64,000 nucleotides of DNA from the NCBI GenBank assembly GCA_900316115.1, contig ONBN01000005.1, positions 3,165-67,164 on the forward strand. The letters run 5' to 3'. Of this stretch, positions 18,956-29,060 are shown in pieces (the first letter of the stretch is position 1; every line of letters starts with the position of its first letter). The notes under the pieces were generated by a model, which saw only the letters and a program-made list of their open reading frames with translations, had not been told where the DNA came from and ran no database searches. Made by a program: the position numbers and the translations under genes. This stretch comes from an uncultured Eubacteriales bacterium (GTDB taxonomy: Bacteria > Bacillota > Clostridia > Lachnospirales > Lachnospiraceae).

Positions 18956-20152
18956 ATGAATATGAAAAAAATATGGAGAAACATCTGTTTTCTGGTACTT
19001 GGGGTTCTGGTTCTGGCAGGCTATCCACAGGCAGCACATGCAGCAGTATCTGAAGCTTATGGAGATTATACCGTTTATGATGTGACAGAGTACGGGGCAG
19101 ATCCTACAGGAGCACAGGCCTGTGATTCTGCTATTAATTCAGCTTTACGTGCAGCAAGAAGAAACGGTGGCAAAAAGCTGCTTTATTTCCCGGCTGGGTC
19201 TTATACAGTGAAAGGTACAGTAAGTCCTGCATCCAGAATGGTGGTAGCTGCAGACCCGCAGACAGTTGTAACAGGTACAGGCAGCAAGCTTATCAGTCTT
19301 ACCGGAGCTTCCGGAGCAGTGGTAGATGGCGGTACCTGGAGAGGCAGTGCAGGTGCTACCGTTGTTTCAGGTAACAGCGGATCTGATATCCGTCTTCTGA
19401 ATATGAATGTGGAATCAGGTCTGAATGGTATTAAATTACGTGCAACCACAGCATACCTGGAAAATGTAACCGTATCCAAGTGTACCAGCATTGGTATCAG
19501 CCTGTCCGGCAAGTGTCAGATCACAGCCAGCAGCTGTCAGATCCTGAACAATGGTTCCGGATATCCGAAGCAGGGACTGGGGCATGGAGTAGGCGTATAT
19601 GAGAAATCTGTTTTCACTATTTCCGGTTCACAGTTGAATGGCAACCGTGAATGCGGTATTTCCGTAAAGAACGGCACAGCAGTTGTAACAGACTGCAAGC
19701 TGTATAACAATGGCCGCCATGGCCTTGGCACAGCCCTTGTGTGCAATGTTACAATGACCAACTGTGATATTTATAAAAACGGACTGAAAGACAAGCATGA
19801 TGGTGCTATCCTTGTAGGCGGTTCAAAGGGTACATTTACAAACTGCAAATTCCGTGCAAATGCAGCTACAGGGCTTCTTGTAAATGACGGGAATACCCGT
19901 GCAGTGATCAAGAACTGTATTTTCAAGGACAATAAGGCGCACAATATTTACAGTGAGAACCTGAAATCCGGAAAGGTAAGCCTGGAGATCAATGGTTGCA
20001 GCTTTTACAAATGTAAAACCTCTGATTCTGTAAGGATTCATGTAAATAAGAAATCTGCTTACAGTCTGAAGATCAAAGGAAAAAATAAATATTACAAAGT
20101 AAAGCCCAAATATACATTCTGGGTAAAAAACAAGCTTACTTATAAGAACTAA
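18956..20152 (+). CDS. Secreted right-handed beta-helix repeat protein (pectate-lyase-fold candidate)
   Basis: Signal peptide ending AAHA; YDVTEYGADPTG and LYFPAGSY; repeated NC(K/D)xxxN and GI/GL beta-helix turns; Lys-rich C-terminus. Confidence 0.75.
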   Translation: MNMKKIWRNICFLVLGVLVLAGYPQAAHAAVSEAYGDYTVYDVTEYGADPTGAQACDSAINSALRAARRNGGKKLLYFPAGSYTVKGTVSPASRMVVAADPQTVVTGTGSKLISLTGASGAVVDGGTWRGSAGATVVSGNSGSDIRLLNMNVESGLNGIKLRATTAYLENVTVSKCTSIGISLSGKCQITASSCQILNNGSGYPKQGLGHGVGVYEKSVFTISGSQLNGNRECGISVKNGTAVVTDCKLYNNGRHGLGTALVCNVTMTNCDIYKNGLKDKHDGAILVGGSKGTFTNCKFRANAATGLLVNDGNTRAVIKNCIFKDNKAHNIYSENLKSGKVSLEINGCSFYKCKTSDSVRIHVNKKSAYSLKIKGKNKYYKVKPKYTFWVKNKLTYKN

Positions 20153-20250
20153 TGTAACTGTTTGGCACCGGCGCAGTTACGGTTTGTAAAATGAATACTA
20201 AATAAACTACACATAAAGATCCTGCCGGAAGGCAGGCGAGGAGGACACAC

Positions 20251-21462
20251 ATGTTGACACTGGACAGTTTTGAACAGGCATCAGAGATCGTCAAACAGGT
20301 AACACAGGAAACAAAGCTGATCAAAAGCAGTTATTTTTCTGATATGACAGGAAACAAGGTTTATTTTAAACCGGAAAACATGCAGCGTACCGGAGCATAC
20401 AAGGTACGTGGAGCATATTACAAGATCAGTACATTGACAGATGAGGAAAGAGGCAAAGGGCTGATCACAGCATCTGCAGGAAACCATGCCCAGGGTGTTG
20501 CCTATGCAGCACATAAATATGGGGTAAAGGCAGTGATCGTAATGCCAACCACCACACCGCTGATCAAGGTAGAGCGTACTAAAAGCTATGGGGCAAAGGT
20601 GATCCTTCATGGGGATGTATATGATGAAGCATGTGCGTTTGCACTGGAACTGGCAGAGAAAGAGGGATATACCTTTATCCATCCTTTTGATGATCCGGCA
20701 GTAGCTACAGGACAGGGAACCATTACTATGGAGATCGTACAGGAGCTTCCGCTGGTAGACTATATCCTTGTACCTATCGGAGGAGGCGGACTTGCTACAG
20801 GAGTTTCCACACTTGCAAAGCTTCTGAATCCTCATATCAAAGTGATCGGTGTAGAGCCTGCAGGAGCAGCCTGCATGAAGGCATCCCTTGAGAAGGGAGA
20901 GGTGGTTACACTTCCTCACGTAAATACCATTGCAGACGGTACTGCTGTACAGACCCCTGGATCCAAGATTTTTCCGTATATCCAGAAGAACCTTGACGGG
21001 ATCATTACCATTGAGGATGATGAGCTGATCGTTGCTTTCCTGGATATGGTTGAAAATCATAAGATGGTTGTAGAGAATTCAGGACTTCTTACTGTAGCTG
21101 CTCTTCGTCATCTTGATTTCAAGAATAACAAAGTGGTTTCTATTTTAAGTGGCGGTAACATGGATGTGATCACTATGTCTTCTGTTGTTCAGCATGGATT
21201 GATCCAGAGAGACCGTATCTTTACTGTATCTGTGCTGATCCCGGACAAGCCAGGTGAATTGGTTCGTGTGGCAAGCATTATTGCAGAGAATCAGGGAAAT
21301 GTTATCAAGCTGGAGCATAATCAGTTTGTAAGCACCAACCGAAATGCTGCTGTTGAGTTGAAGATCACACTGGAAGCATTTGGTACAGACCATAAGAACC
21401 AGATCGTAAAAGCACTGGAAACAGCAGGCTGCAGACCAAAAGTGATCCGTGCAAGTCTTTAA
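20251..21462 (+). CDS. ilvA: Threonine ammonia-lyase with a single C-terminal ACT domain
   Basis: KPENMQRTGAYKVRGA, SAGNHAQG, GGGGL, SGGN, IPDKPGEL. Confidence 0.93.
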   Translation: MLTLDSFEQASEIVKQVTQETKLIKSSYFSDMTGNKVYFKPENMQRTGAYKVRGAYYKISTLTDEERGKGLITASAGNHAQGVAYAAHKYGVKAVIVMPTTTPLIKVERTKSYGAKVILHGDVYDEACAFALELAEKEGYTFIHPFDDPAVATGQGTITMEIVQELPLVDYILVPIGGGGLATGVSTLAKLLNPHIKVIGVEPAGAACMKASLEKGEVVTLPHVNTIADGTAVQTPGSKIFPYIQKNLDGIITIEDDELIVAFLDMVENHKMVVENSGLLTVAALRHLDFKNNKVVSILSGGNMDVITMSSVVQHGLIQRDRIFTVSVLIPDKPGELVRVASIIAENQGNVIKLEHNQFVSTNRNAAVELKITLEAFGTDHKNQIVKALETAGCRPKVIRASL

Positions 21463-21495
21463 CTGACAGAATTTTAAACTGTCAAGAAAAAACAC

Positions 21496-21524
21496 TTGAC
21501 ATCCAGATGCAAATAATGTAAGAT
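21496..21524 (+). promoter_or_regulatory. Sigma-A promoter for ylxM-ffh
   Basis: TTGACA, 17 bp, TAAGAT. Confidence 0.75.
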
Positions 21525-21541
21525 ACACAAGGTGATTACGA

Positions 21542-21865
21542 ATGGAAAAGTTTGTAGAGCGTGCACTTTTGTATGATTTTTACGGAGAGCTTCTTACAGA
21601 CAGGCAGCAGCAGGTATATACCAATGTTGTTCTGGAGGATTATTCCTTAAGTGAAGTTGCCCAGGATCTGGGGATTTCCAGACAGGGAGTACACGATATG
21701 ATCCGGAGATGCGACAAGGCACTGGAGGAGTACGAAGAGAAGCTTCATCTGGTAGACAAGTTTCTGAATATACGTAAGCAGGTAAAGCGGATTCATCAGA
21801 TTGCTGAAGAATCCGGGATTGAAGAGATTGCATCAATTTCCAATGTTATATTAGAGGAGTTATAA
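21542..21865 (+). CDS. ylxM: YlxM, SRP-associated DNA-binding protein
   Basis: LYDFYGELLT, DYSLSEVA, ISRQGVHD; upstream of ffh. Confidence 0.95.
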   Translation: MEKFVERALLYDFYGELLTDRQQQVYTNVVLEDYSLSEVAQDLGISRQGVHDMIRRCDKALEEYEEKLHLVDKFLNIRKQVKRIHQIAEESGIEEIASISNVILEEL

Positions 21866-21868
21866 TAC

Positions 21869-23218
21869 ATGGCATTTGAAAGCTTGACAGAAAAATTACA
21901 GAATGTATTCAAAAAGCTGAGAAGTAAAGGCAGGCTGACAGAAGAGGATGTTAAGATCGCACTGAAAGAAGTGAAGATGGCTCTTCTTGAAGCGGATGTC
22001 AATTTCAAGGTAGTCAAGCAGTTTACCAAGTCTGTGCAGGAGCGTGCAGTAGGCCAGGATGTAATGAACGGCCTTAATCCGGGGCAGATGGTGATCAAGA
22101 TCGTAAATGACGAGCTTGTAAGCCTGATGGGCAGTGAGACTACAGAGCTTCCCATTAAGCCTGGCAATGATATGACAGTGATCATGATGGCAGGTCTTCA
22201 GGGAGCAGGTAAGACCACTACAGCAGCCAAGCTTGCAGGTAAGCTTAAAGCAAAGGGCAAGCGCCCGCTTCTGGTTGCCTGTGATGTATACCGGCCGGCA
22301 GCTATCACACAGCTTCAGGTAAATGGTGAGAAGCAGGGCGTGGAAGTATTTTCCATGGGAGATAAACAGCAGCCTGTGGACATTGCCAAAGCAGCAGTTG
22401 GTCATGCAAAGGAGCATCAGCAGAATATTGTGATCATTGATACTGCGGGACGTCTTCATATTGATGAGAATATGATGCAGGAGCTTGCAGATATTAAGGA
22501 GAATATCCATGTAGATGCTACTGTTCTTGTTGTGGATGCCATGACAGGACAGGATGCAGTAAATGTAGCCAAGACCTTTACTGAGAAGGTAGGGATTGAC
22601 GGTGTGATCCTCACCAAGATGGATGGTGACACCCGAGGCGGTGCAGCCCTTTCCATTAAGGCAGTTACCGGAAAGCCTATCCTTTATGTTGGTATGGGTG
22701 AGAAGCTTTCTGATCTGGAACAGTTTTATCCGGAGAGGATGGCATCCAGGATCTTAGGCATGGGTGATGTGATGAGTCTGATCGAGAAGGTAGAAGCCTC
22801 TGTAGATCAGGAGCAGGCTCAGGAGATGTCCAAGAAGCTTAAGAAAATGGATTTTGACTTCAATGATTATCTTACCAGCCTGGATCAGATGAATAAGATG
22901 GGCGGGATCGGAAGTATCCTGAACATGCTTCCAGGTATGGGCACCAAGATGAAAGATATTGAAGGGATGATCGATGAAAGTGCGATGAACAGGACCAAGT
23001 CCATTATCCTTTCCATGACTCTTCAGGAGAGGAGCAATCCTGGTATCCTGAATGTGTCCCGCAAGAACCGTATTGCAAAGGGCGCAGGTGTTGATATTTC
23101 AGAGGTCAACCGTCTGGTAAAGCAGTTTGAACAGAGCAAGAAGATGATGAAGCAGATGCCCGGCATGATGGGCGGCAAAAAAGGTGGTAAAAGAGGCGGC
23201 TTCAAGCTTCCTTTTTAA
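21869..23218 (+). CDS. ffh: Signal recognition particle protein
   Basis: GLQGAGKTT, DTAGR, TKMDGDTRGG, Met-rich M domain. Confidence 0.98.
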   Translation: MAFESLTEKLQNVFKKLRSKGRLTEEDVKIALKEVKMALLEADVNFKVVKQFTKSVQERAVGQDVMNGLNPGQMVIKIVNDELVSLMGSETTELPIKPGNDMTVIMMAGLQGAGKTTTAAKLAGKLKAKGKRPLLVACDVYRPAAITQLQVNGEKQGVEVFSMGDKQQPVDIAKAAVGHAKEHQQNIVIIDTAGRLHIDENMMQELADIKENIHVDATVLVVDAMTGQDAVNVAKTFTEKVGIDGVILTKMDGDTRGGAALSIKAVTGKPILYVGMGEKLSDLEQFYPERMASRILGMGDVMSLIEKVEASVDQEQAQEMSKKLKKMDFDFNDYLTSLDQMNKMGGIGSILNMLPGMGTKMKDIEGMIDESAMNRTKSIILSMTLQERSNPGILNVSRKNRIAKGAGVDISEVNRLVKQFEQSKKMMKQMPGMMGGKKGGKRGGFKLPF

Positions 23219-23279
23219 CATAAATGATTTATAATAAATAATCAAAACAAAACATAATCAAAATTGGAGGAAAACAAAA

Positions 23280-23525
23280 ATGGCAGTTAAGATCAGATTA
23301 AGAAGAATGGGACAGAAGAAAGCACCTTTCTATAGAATCATTGTTGCAGATTCCCGCAGCAAACGTGATGGAAGATGCATCGAGGAGATCGGTACTTATG
23401 ATCCTAACCTTGATCCAAGCGTATTCAAAATTGATGAGGAAGCAGCTAAAAAATGGCTCTCTGTAGGTGCTCAGCCAACAGAAGTTGTTGCTAAGCTTTT
23501 CAAAGCAGCCGGAATCGAAAAATAA
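23280..23525 (+). CDS. rpsP: 30S ribosomal protein S16
   Basis: [20 protein letters not shown]. Confidence 0.98.
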   Translation: MAVKIRLRRMGQKKAPFYRIIVADSRSKRDGRCIEEIGTYDPNLDPSVFKIDEEAAKKWLSVGAQPTEVVAKLFKAAGIEK

Positions 23526-23585
23526 GAAATACCGGAGAAGGTATTTCTGTGACGTCCCCAAAAGGACGAGACAGGGAGGTATGTG

Positions 23586-23816
23586 ATGAAAGGATTAGTT
23601 GAAGTAATTGCAAAATCTCTTGTTGAAAATCCGGATGAAGTAGTCGTTACTGAGACAGAGAAAGATGATGTGATCGTCATCGAATTAAAAGTGGGGCCTT
23701 CTGATATGGGTAAGGTCATCGGACGTCAGGGCAGGATCGCCAAGGCAATCCGTACCGTAGTAAAAGCGGCTTCTTCCAAAAGCAGCAAAAAAGTGATTGT
23801 AGATATTCTGCAATGA
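23586..23816 (+). CDS. khpA: KH-domain RNA-binding protein
   Basis: DMGKVIGRQGRIAKAIR (GxxG loop); position between rpsP and rimM. Confidence 0.93.
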   Translation: MKGLVEVIAKSLVENPDEVVVTETEKDDVIVIELKVGPSDMGKVIGRQGRIAKAIRTVVKAASSKSSKKVIVDILQ

Positions 23817-23829
23817 AATAGTTTTCAGG

Positions 23830-23909
23830 GGCTGTTGCAAAAGTATGGATGCAACAGCCTTTTTAATGTACTAGGAAATTCCGCTGGAATCTCCTAGTAC
23901 ATTAAAAAG
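23830..23909. repeat. Two adjacent inverted repeats between khpA and rimM
   Basis: GGCTGTTGCA/TGCAACAGCC, then a perfect 18-bp CTTTTTAATGTACTAGGA/TCCTAGTACATTAAAAAG. Confidence 0.8.
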
Positions 23910-23959
23910 CCCTACCGGGCAGGTTTCTTAATGATAAGTACACAGACAGGAGCTTGGTG

Positions 23960-24463
23960 ATGGAAGATTTATTAAAAGTAGGTGTGATCACCACCACACA
24001 TGGTGTGAGAGGCGAGGTAAAGGTATTTCCTACAACGGATGCAGAACGCTTTCCTGATCTTGAATATGTTTTTCTGGATACAGGCAGGGAGAAGAGACAG
24101 CTTTATATCCAGAATGTAAAGTTTTTCAAGAATCTTGTGATCCTGAAATTTAAAGATATTGATAATATTAATGATATAGAGAAATATAAAGGCAAAGAGC
24201 TGTGGATTCCCAGAGAGGAAGCACAGGATCTGGAAGAGGACGAATATTATATTGCTGATCTGATCGGCATGCAGGTTGTGACAGAGGATGGCACTTCCGT
24301 AGGGATCCTGAAGGATGTAATGGAAACTGGCGCCAATGATGTTTATGTGGTTCAGGATGCACAGGGCAAAGAGATCCTGCTTCCGGCCATCCACCAGTGT
24401 ATTCTGGATGTGGACATCGAAAAAGACATTATGACTGTGCATCTGATGAAAGGACTGGTATAA
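23960..24463 (+). CDS. rimM: Ribosome maturation factor RimM
   Basis: [27 protein letters not shown]. Confidence 0.96.
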   Translation: MEDLLKVGVITTTHGVRGEVKVFPTTDAERFPDLEYVFLDTGREKRQLYIQNVKFFKNLVILKFKDIDNINDIEKYKGKELWIPREEAQDLEEDEYYIADLIGMQVVTEDGTSVGILKDVMETGANDVYVVQDAQGKEILLPAIHQCILDVDIEKDIMTVHLMKGLV

Positions 24464-25267
24464 ATGAATTTTCACGTACTGACCCTGTTTCCGGAGATGA
24501 TCCAGAACGGGATGAATACCAGCATTACAGGCCGTGCCATTGCTGCAGGGTATCTGTCTATAGAGACTGTAAATATCCGGGATTTTGCCTATAACAAGCA
24601 CCAGAAAGTGGATGATTATCCATATGGCGGCGGTGCAGGGATGCTGATGCAGGCAGAACCGGTTTATCTTGCCTATGAATCAGTGGCCCAGCGTATCGGG
24701 AAGCGGCCAAGGGTTGTTTACCTTACACCCCAGGGCCGGGTGTTTAACCAGGAGATGGCCAGGGAAATGGCTAGGGAAGAAGACCTGGTTTTCCTGTGCG
24801 GTCATTATGAAGGCATAGATGAACGTGTTCTTGAGGAGATCGTTACAGACTATGTGTCTATTGGAGATTATGTGCTGACAGGCGGGGAGCTGCCTTCCAT
24901 GGTTATGATGGATTCCATTTCCAGGATGGTGCCTGGTGTATTAAGCAATAAAGAATCCGGTGAGACAGAGTCCTTTGCAGGAAACCTTCTGGAATATCCG
25001 CAGTATTCCAGGCCTGAAGTATGGCATGGAAAGGCTGTACCCCAGGTACTGATGTCCGGACATCATGCCAACATTGAGAAATGGCGCAGGGAACAATCTG
25101 TGATCCGCACAGCCAAAAGCCGCCCGGATCTTTTGAAAAAGGCTGATCTTACCAACAAAGAATGGAATTATGTAAGGCAGCTGAAAAAGCAATGGAAAGA
25201 AGAGAAACAGCAGGCTGCAGCCTGTGAAGATATGACCTGTGAATCAGAGAAAGTGGAGGAATTATGA
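24464..25267 (+). CDS. trmD: tRNA (guanine37-N1)-methyltransferase
   Basis: [39 protein letters not shown]. Confidence 0.98.
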   Translation: MNFHVLTLFPEMIQNGMNTSITGRAIAAGYLSIETVNIRDFAYNKHQKVDDYPYGGGAGMLMQAEPVYLAYESVAQRIGKRPRVVYLTPQGRVFNQEMAREMAREEDLVFLCGHYEGIDERVLEEIVTDYVSIGDYVLTGGELPSMVMMDSISRMVPGVLSNKESGETESFAGNLLEYPQYSRPEVWHGKAVPQVLMSGHHANIEKWRREQSVIRTAKSRPDLLKKADLTNKEWNYVRQLKKQWKEEKQQAAACEDMTCESEKVEEL

Positions 25268-26298
25268 AAACATCAGATTTTTATTACGATCTGCCCCAGG
25301 AGCTGATTGCCCAGGATCCGCTGACAGACCGAAGTGCATCCAGACTGATGCATCTGTCCATCAAAGATGGAAGTATTCAGCATCGTCATTTTACAGATAT
25401 CCTGGATTATCTGAATCCAGGGGACTGCCTGGTGATCAATGATACCAAGGTGATCCCGGCCAGACTTTATGGTCATAAAGAAGAAACAGGGGCATTGATC
25501 GAGATCCTTCTTTTAAAAAGAAATGAAAACGATGTGTGGGAGTGTCTTGTAAAGCCTGGGAAAAAGGCCAGGACAGGAACCCGGATCAGCTTTGGGGACG
25601 GTCTGTTAAAGGGAGAGATCGTGGATGTGATCGAAGATGGGAACCGTCTGATCCATTTTGAATATAACGGCATTTTTGAGGAGATCCTGGATCAGCTGGG
25701 AGAAATGCCTCTGCCTCCTTATATCACTCACAAATTACAGGATAAAAACCGTTATCAGACCGTTTATGCAAAGCATGAGGGATCCGCAGCAGCACCTACT
25801 GCAGGACTCCATTTTACAAAAGAACTTCTGGAGAAAGTGAAAGAAAAAGGGGTGCAGATCGCCCATGTGACCCTTCACGTAGGGCTTGGTACTTTCCGGC
25901 CTGTGAAGGTAGATGATGTGGAGCAGCACCATATGCATTCTGAATATTATGTAGTAGAAGAAGACCAGGCAAAGCTGATTAATGATACAAAGAAAAACGG
26001 CGGCCGTGTGATCGCTGTTGGTACAACCAGCTGCCGTACCCTGGAGTCTGCTACAGGAGAAGATGGTATTTTAAAAGCTGGCAGTGGCTGGACTGAGATA
26101 TTCATTTACCCAGGCTATCATTTTAAGATGATCGACAGCCTGATCACTAATTTCCACCTTCCGGAATCAACACTGATGATGCTTGTCTCCGCACTGGCAG
26201 GTAAGGAAAAGATCATGCATGCCTATGAAGAGGCAGTGAAGGAAAGATACAGGTTTTTCTCCTTTGGGGATGCTATGTTTATAGACAGCAATTCATAA
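25264..26298 (+). CDS. queA: SAM:tRNA ribosyltransferase-isomerase
   Basis: [46 protein letters not shown]. Confidence 0.98.
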   Translation: MKTSDFYYDLPQELIAQDPLTDRSASRLMHLSIKDGSIQHRHFTDILDYLNPGDCLVINDTKVIPARLYGHKEETGALIEILLLKRNENDVWECLVKPGKKARTGTRISFGDGLLKGEIVDVIEDGNRLIHFEYNGIFEEILDQLGEMPLPPYITHKLQDKNRYQTVYAKHEGSAAAPTAGLHFTKELLEKVKEKGVQIAHVTLHVGLGTFRPVKVDDVEQHHMHSEYYVVEEDQAKLINDTKKNGGRVIAVGTTSCRTLESATGEDGILKAGSGWTEIFIYPGYHFKMIDSLITNFHLPESTLMMLVSALAGKEKIMHAYEEAVKERYRFFSFGDAMFIDSNS

Positions 26299-26326
26299 GG
26301 AACATTTGTTAAATAGAACGAATAAG

Positions 26327-26356
26327 AAAAGCCAAGGGCGTGGACCCTTGGCTTTT
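26327..26356. terminator. Bidirectional terminator between queA and the CapA-family gene
   Basis: AAAAGCCAAGGG-N6-CCCTTGGCTTTT. Confidence 0.85.
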
Positions 26357-26418
26357 GCAGATTATATACTTACTTTGCAGGAAAGTACCGGCATTGCTGC
26401 CAGTAATATTCCTGAATA

Positions 26419-27672
26419 TCAGGAAGCCGACGCAGTATCGATCATAGCACTGCGTTCCTGTATCTTTTCTATGATCCGTGTTTTTTCATCACCTTCTGCA
26501 GGAGTGGGCTGATAATTATTGTAGCCCTGTGCAGAAGAAATGGAGCAGGGGATGATATTGGTTACATTATCATCCTGAAGAGTGCCATTGTCAAAAGTAA
26601 AGGACTGCTGAAAGATCATGGTGTCCATATCGCTTGGGGAACTGTTGCCGCCGAAGCAGAAATTGCCAAGGCTGTACACAATATTTTTCCCTTTGTAAGT
26701 TTCGATACCCTGAAGCACATGGGGATGATGACCGCATACCAGGTCAGCGCCCAGATCAATGGCAAGTCTGCCCAGAGTTGTCTGATTGGAATCAGGAACG
26801 GTTTCCTTTTCATTGCCCCAGTGGAAGATCACAATGGTAAGCTGTGCGTCTTCAGACTTTACTTTCGCAATATTGTCTTTTAATTGCTGTTCTCGCCCAA
26901 GATGGTCATTCAGTTCATAAATGCCAACCAGTCCCACCTTGATCCCTTTTACATCCATAACTGCTGTCTCATCATAGCCGAAATGGACGATCCCTGCATC
27001 ATCCAGGGCGGACAGGGTATCTGTAAAGCTTTGCTCTCCATAATCGTGGCTGTGGTTATTGGCTGTGTTGACAGCTTCTACAGAACCACTGGTAAGGATC
27101 CCTGCATAAGAAGCAGGAGCCTTAAAAGCAAAGGTTTTATCCTCTCTCTGAGTGGAGTCGGTAAGGGTTCCTTCCATATTGGCAATGGTCAGGTCATCTG
27201 CCTGGAAAATGCTTTTTACGTTCTGGAGGAAATAATCTTTTCCGTAATTTTCGTAGTAGGCGTTTAGGCTGGTGCTGTAATCAAAGGTTTCATCTGTACC
27301 AAGTGTACAGTCACCAACAACGCTGACTGTTAATGTGACAGGAGCCTGTGTAGGTGTTGGCTCTGCATCGGAAGAGGTGTCTTTGGTATCTCCACCTGTC
27401 TGGATATCCTGCTTATCTGAAACTGCTGCATCCTGCGTCTCTGTGCTGGAAGCAGGCTTTGTTGAAGAAGAACAGGAGTGAAGGGCAATGCCTACGATGA
27501 GAACCAGCAGGATAGCCAGAATCCCAAGACAAATATGGATGCGACGCTGTCTTTGCCGGTAATATCTGGATTTACGGTATATATTCTTTCTGTGTCCCTG
27601 TATGGACGGCTGTGCTTTCTTTCCACCAGGTTTGGCAGACCGCATCTGGCGGGTATTTTTCTTTTCGGCCAT
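26419..27672 (-). CDS. Membrane-anchored CapA (PGA_cap) family metallophosphatase-like protein
   Basis: Basic N-terminus then one TM segment; VGD, ANMEG, ANNHSHDYG, FHWG, GHHPHVLQ, YSLGNF. Confidence 0.9.
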   Translation of the reverse strand: MAEKKNTRQMRSAKPGGKKAQPSIQGHRKNIYRKSRYYRQRQRRIHICLGILAILLVLIVGIALHSCSSSTKPASSTETQDAAVSDKQDIQTGGDTKDTSSDAEPTPTQAPVTLTVSVVGDCTLGTDETFDYSTSLNAYYENYGKDYFLQNVKSIFQADDLTIANMEGTLTDSTQREDKTFAFKAPASYAGILTSGSVEAVNTANNHSHDYGEQSFTDTLSALDDAGIVHFGYDETAVMDVKGIKVGLVGIYELNDHLGREQQLKDNIAKVKSEDAQLTIVIFHWGNEKETVPDSNQTTLGRLAIDLGADLVCGHHPHVLQGIETYKGKNIVYSLGNFCFGGNSSPSDMDTMIFQQSFTFDNGTLQDDNVTNIIPCSISSAQGYNNYQPTPAEGDEKTRIIEKIQERSAMIDTASAS

Positions 27673-27973
27673 AGTAAAAATCTCCTTGTAAATATATATT
27701 TGAGATGCTTGAGGCAAAAGTTTCAAACTGTGATACTTTCATAAATTTCAGTATACAAATATTTCCTGTTTTCGTCAATAAGCATATGTCGATGGCATAA
27801 AAACTGTTAAAGCTATACAATGGTTAGACTCTTATATACACGCTTCAATAAATAAAAAATACTTGCCAATGATTATTTTACTGTATCTTTAGGGATTTTC
27901 AGAATACAAAAAAGAGGAACAAAGGAGTATAATACTTCCCATAAAACTTTTTTTACACCAGAGAGGAATAAGA

Positions 27974-28813
27974 ATGTTATATATAGGTAATCATACATCA
28001 TCTGCAAAAGGCTATGCAGCTATGGCAAGGCAGACCATAGCCAATGGAGGCAACACCTTTGCATTCTTTACAAGGAATCCAAGAGGAGGCAAGGCAAAGG
28101 AGATCGATCCGGAAGATGTGGCAAAGTATCAGATACTTGCTTCAGAACACCACTTCGGAAAGATCGTAGCCCATGCACCATACACTTTGAATGCCTGTGC
28201 AGCCAAAGAAAACCTTCGTGATTTTGCCAGAGAAACCATGAAAGATGACCTGAGACGTATGGAGTTTACGCCGGGGAACTATTACAATTTCCATCCAGGC
28301 AGTCATGTAGGACAGGGAGCAGAAGTGGGAATCCGGAAGATTGCAGGGATCTTAAACAATGTTCTGACCAGGGAGCAGACCACAACCGTTCTTCTTGAGA
28401 CTATGTCAGGAAAAGGAACAGAAGTGGGCAGAAGCTTTCAGGAATTGAGACAGATTATTGATCTTACAGAGCGAAAGGAAAAACTTGGGATCTGTCTGGA
28501 CACCTGTCATGTGTGGGATGCAGGCTATGATATAGCTGACCATCTGGATCAGGTTCTGGATGAGTTCCAGGAGCAGATCGGTCTGGAAAGGCTGAAGGCC
28601 CTTCATCTGAATGACAGTATGAATGCGCTTGGCAGCCATAAGGATAGACATGCCAGGATCGGGGAAGGGAAGATCGGTCTGGAAGCGCTGGTCCGTGTGA
28701 TCTGCCACCCGGCTCTTCAAGGGCTTCCGGTCATCCTGGAGACACCGAATGATGATGAAGGATGGACAAGGGAGATTCAGCTGCTTCGGGAAAAATCTGA
28801 GGCAAAAATATAG
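27974..28813 (+). CDS. nfo: Endonuclease IV
   Basis: [45 protein letters not shown]. Confidence 0.96.
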   Translation: MLYIGNHTSSAKGYAAMARQTIANGGNTFAFFTRNPRGGKAKEIDPEDVAKYQILASEHHFGKIVAHAPYTLNACAAKENLRDFARETMKDDLRRMEFTPGNYYNFHPGSHVGQGAEVGIRKIAGILNNVLTREQTTTVLLETMSGKGTEVGRSFQELRQIIDLTERKEKLGICLDTCHVWDAGYDIADHLDQVLDEFQEQIGLERLKALHLNDSMNALGSHKDRHARIGEGKIGLEALVRVICHPALQGLPVILETPNDDEGWTREIQLLREKSEAKI

Positions 28814-28853
28814 AAGATCAAAAGATCTCTCTACAATAGAAGATCAAAAGATC
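28810..28853 (+). repeat. 18-bp direct repeat at the nfo stop codon
   Basis: ATAGAAGATCAAAAGATC at 28810-28827 and 28836-28853. Confidence 0.9.
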
Positions 28854-28864
28854 CCTGCATTTAC

Positions 28865-29032
28865 TTGTAAAATTTATAATTCGCATGTTATAATCAATCA
28901 TTATATTGACGAGGAGTACACTGATATGACACGCTTAATCAATTAATCCATCAATAGCTATATTTACGTGGCGTTTCAGTGTGTGCCAAGTTAAGGAACT
29001 AACCGTATGATGATCGTGTCCTGCGGTTTTTT
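28865..29032 (+). promoter_or_regulatory. Promoter plus structured leader (micro-uORF, stem, terminator-like hairpin) upstream of the surface-protein gene
   Basis: TTGTAA, 18 bp, TATAAT; GAGGAG then uORF MTRLIN at 28926-28946; 18-bp stem 28916-28984; hairpin plus T6 at 29001-29032. Confidence 0.5.
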
Positions 29033-29060
29033 ACTATTTCATATTAAGGGGGAAATGGGA

